A stretch of 60,345 nt of DNA. Origin: a virus (Duplodnaviria; Caudoviricetes). Positions 58,482 to 60,345 of the stretch are shown piece by piece. The position numbers and the translations under genes are program-made. Within the stretch, counting starts at the first letter, position 1; the number at the start of each line of letters is the position of its first letter. Where the stretch lies: the IMG/VR virus record IMGVR_UViG_3300006071_000014, positions 1 through 60,345 of that record; one strand, written 5' to 3'. A model generated the notes under the pieces. It had not been told where the DNA came from, searched no databases, and saw only the letters and a program-made list of their open reading frames with translations.

Positions 58482-59201
58482 ATGCAAACAAGATACATTT
58501 TAAATTATAAACCTGGATGTAAAGGAGATTTTCTTTGCAATTTTTTAAATTATCAATCTGTACGGTTTATGGATGACAAAGTAAAAATTTCAAAATCAAA
58601 TAAAGTAAGTTTTAAATACTTGAGTACTTACAAGTTTTCATTAGAAACTTTTGAGAAATCTAAACCTCTTGTAGATATTATCTACCCAGCACATAACTCG
58701 TATATGATTCCAGATAATTTTTTGATTGAAAATTATTTTAAAATAATAAATTTAACATATGATCAAAAATTTATAACTAATCTTGTTATTGAAAGTACAA
58801 TTAAAAATGAATGTCAGAAAGTTAATCTGAGTTTTTTAAATCAAGTCAAATATCACAAACTTTTAAAAAATCCTGCTAAAAAAATATCATTTGCAATTGA
58901 CGTTAGACTTATAAACAATAATTTAGAAATCAATAATGAAAATAGATTTGCTACTTTGATTGAAATAATAAATTTAAATCTATCACAAAAACAAGAATTT
59001 TTGTTTGATGACAGAGCAATTTTTAATTTAAGTTATGAAGAATTATATATTAATAAAAATTTTAAAAAACTTGCTGAAATTTTTAATTTCGATCATGAAT
59101 TATTTAAAACAGAAATTGATAAGACGTGGCTTCCCGAAGAAATAGATATATGGGATAGAAAATTGAATACTCGATCTTTAGGTTATATTAGATATATCTA
59201 A
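58482..59201 (+). CDS. AT-rich hypothetical protein (sulfotransferase-like motifs possible)
   Basis: YKPGCKGDFL and LSYEELY. Confidence 0.45.
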   Translation: MQTRYILNYKPGCKGDFLCNFLNYQSVRFMDDKVKISKSNKVSFKYLSTYKFSLETFEKSKPLVDIIYPAHNSYMIPDNFLIENYFKIINLTYDQKFITNLVIESTIKNECQKVNLSFLNQVKYHKLLKNPAKKISFAIDVRLINNNLEINNENRFATLIEIINLNLSQKQEFLFDDRAIFNLSYEELYINKNFKKLAEIFNFDHELFKTEIDKTWLPEEIDIWDRKLNTRSLGYIRYI

Positions 59202-59211
59202 ATAGAATTGC

Positions 59212-59970
59212 ATGAATTATTACCGCAGCGTATTCATAAGCGATGTGCATCTTGGCACAAAAATGAGCCAACCTGTGGCTCTGCTTGAATTTATCAAGAC
59301 ATTTGAATGCGAACATCTTTATCTTGTAGGCGATATTATTGATGGTTGGGCAATGAGCAAATCATTCTACTGGCCGCAAGAACATAACGACGTTATCCAA
59401 AAAATTATGCGTATGGCTCGTAAAGGAACGCTTGTTACATATCTACCAGGCAATCACGATGAGTTTCTACGCAGTTTTGGCGACCATCATTTTGGTAATA
59501 TCATTCTCACTGATACAATCACGCATAGCGGATTAGATGGCAAGAAATATCTAATCATGCATGGCGATCAGTTTGATGTGGTCATGAAGAATATGAAGTG
59601 GTTGGCACATATAGGAAGTTGGGCATATGATATTCTCATTAACATTAATGTGGTTGTTAATAAATTACAAAATTGGTTCAGACTCCCACACTGGAGTCTA
59701 AGCGCATGGGCAAAGTATAAAGTTAAGCAAGCAGTAAATTTTATTGGCGACTTTGAAGAAAACCTAGCCAAGTTTGCTAAAGTCAAAGGTGCCGATGGTA
59801 TTATATGCGGACATATTCATCATGCAAACATTCGTGATATAGGTGATGTAAAGTATATGAACTGTGGCGATTGGGTAGAGAGTTGCACCGCACTTGTTGA
59901 AACCTATGAAGGTAAGTGGATTATAATTAAATACTCTCATGCGGATCACCCTAGTCACCGATACATATAG
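59212..59970 (+). CDS. LpxH/PlcP-like metallophosphoesterase
   Basis: ISDVHLG, GDIIDGW, GNHDE, HGDQFD, CGHIH, NCGDWVES. Confidence 0.88.
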   Translation: MNYYRSVFISDVHLGTKMSQPVALLEFIKTFECEHLYLVGDIIDGWAMSKSFYWPQEHNDVIQKIMRMARKGTLVTYLPGNHDEFLRSFGDHHFGNIILTDTITHSGLDGKKYLIMHGDQFDVVMKNMKWLAHIGSWAYDILININVVVNKLQNWFRLPHWSLSAWAKYKVKQAVNFIGDFEENLAKFAKVKGADGIICGHIHHANIRDIGDVKYMNCGDWVESCTALVETYEGKWIIIKYSHADHPSHRYI

Positions 59971-60345
59971 TCCAAGCGTAAATGGCGTTGTAACTACCCT
60001 TGTCAATACTGTTGCAGAACTAAGAAAACTTGGACACGAGGTTCAGGTTATTGAACCAAGTCAGTTTAAGACCATTCCAACACCTGGCTATAAAGAAATT
60101 AGACTAGCATGGAATATCTGGCGAGTGGGACCAATGATTGAATCATTTGATCCCCATGCCATTCACATTGCCACAGAAGGTCCGCTAGGCTTTGCTGCTC
60201 GTTGGTATTGTAAAGTAGATAAGCGCAGTATCCCACACAATACATCCTACCATACAAAGTTTCCAGAATATTTTAATAAGTTCTTTGGATTTCCTGTAGA
60301 TTGGGGATACTGGTTTATAAAAATGTTTCATAAGTTCTCTACTAA
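59939..60345 (+). CDS. GT4 glycosyltransferase, 5' part (partial)
   Basis: MRITLVTDTYSPSVNGVVTTL...HIATEGPLG...TSYHTKFPEY; runs off the window. Confidence 0.85.
   Translation, partial: MRITLVTDTYSPSVNGVVTTLVNTVAELRKLGHEVQVIEPSQFKTIPTPGYKEIRLAWNIWRVGPMIESFDPHAIHIATEGPLGFAARWYCKVDKRSIPHNTSYHTKFPEYFNKFFGFPVDWGYWFIKMFHKFST

Noticed and set aside
1323-60006. Numerous short antisense or alternate-frame ORFs in the track
   Set aside because: Nested in well-supported genes, with no RBS or recognisable motifs.
1-60345. Genome-wide TAG recoding (code 15)
   Set aside because: Long genes, including structural ones, are intact under the standard code and only one internal TAG was found. TAG stops are rare by my reading (38664, 44476, 59970), but that is also expected in AT-rich DNA.
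1-60345. CRISPR array
   Set aside because: No repeat-spacer series seen; the nuclease at 15724 is a stand-alone PD-(D/E)XK enzyme.

Overview
AT-rich, densely coded, almost entirely plus-strand segment of a large T4-like/jumbo tailed phage (Caudoviricetes). Several independent signals point to an alphaproteobacterial host: a permuted two-piece tmRNA with an ANDN-type tag, a ROSE-like thermometer on hsp20, PhaR-like boxes before a phasin-like gene, and a plcP-agt-like pair. Gene order: replication genes (UvsW 3' end, clamp-loader subunit, miniature DnaE-like polymerase, primase, gp41-like helicase); head and virion proteins; nrdA-HNH-nrdB-glutaredoxin; PAAR and lysozyme tail-tip module; tmRNA; envelope enzymes and an autotransporter; bS21, guaC, hsp20, clpS; tRNAs; carbamoyltransferase; UvsE; NDP-sugar dehydratase; a curli-like csgF-csgG-curlin-FecR operon; and a PlcP/LpxH-like phosphoesterase plus GT4. 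The strongest novelty candidate is at 44.2-45.3 kb. An amber-suppressor tRNA (anticodon CUA) is followed by a gene whose SD-led start reads ATG-TCA-TAG, with the frame staying open for another 192 sense codons, and then by an unrecognised ~200-nt structured RNA with its own promoter. All calls come from reading the sequence; no searches or folding programs were run.
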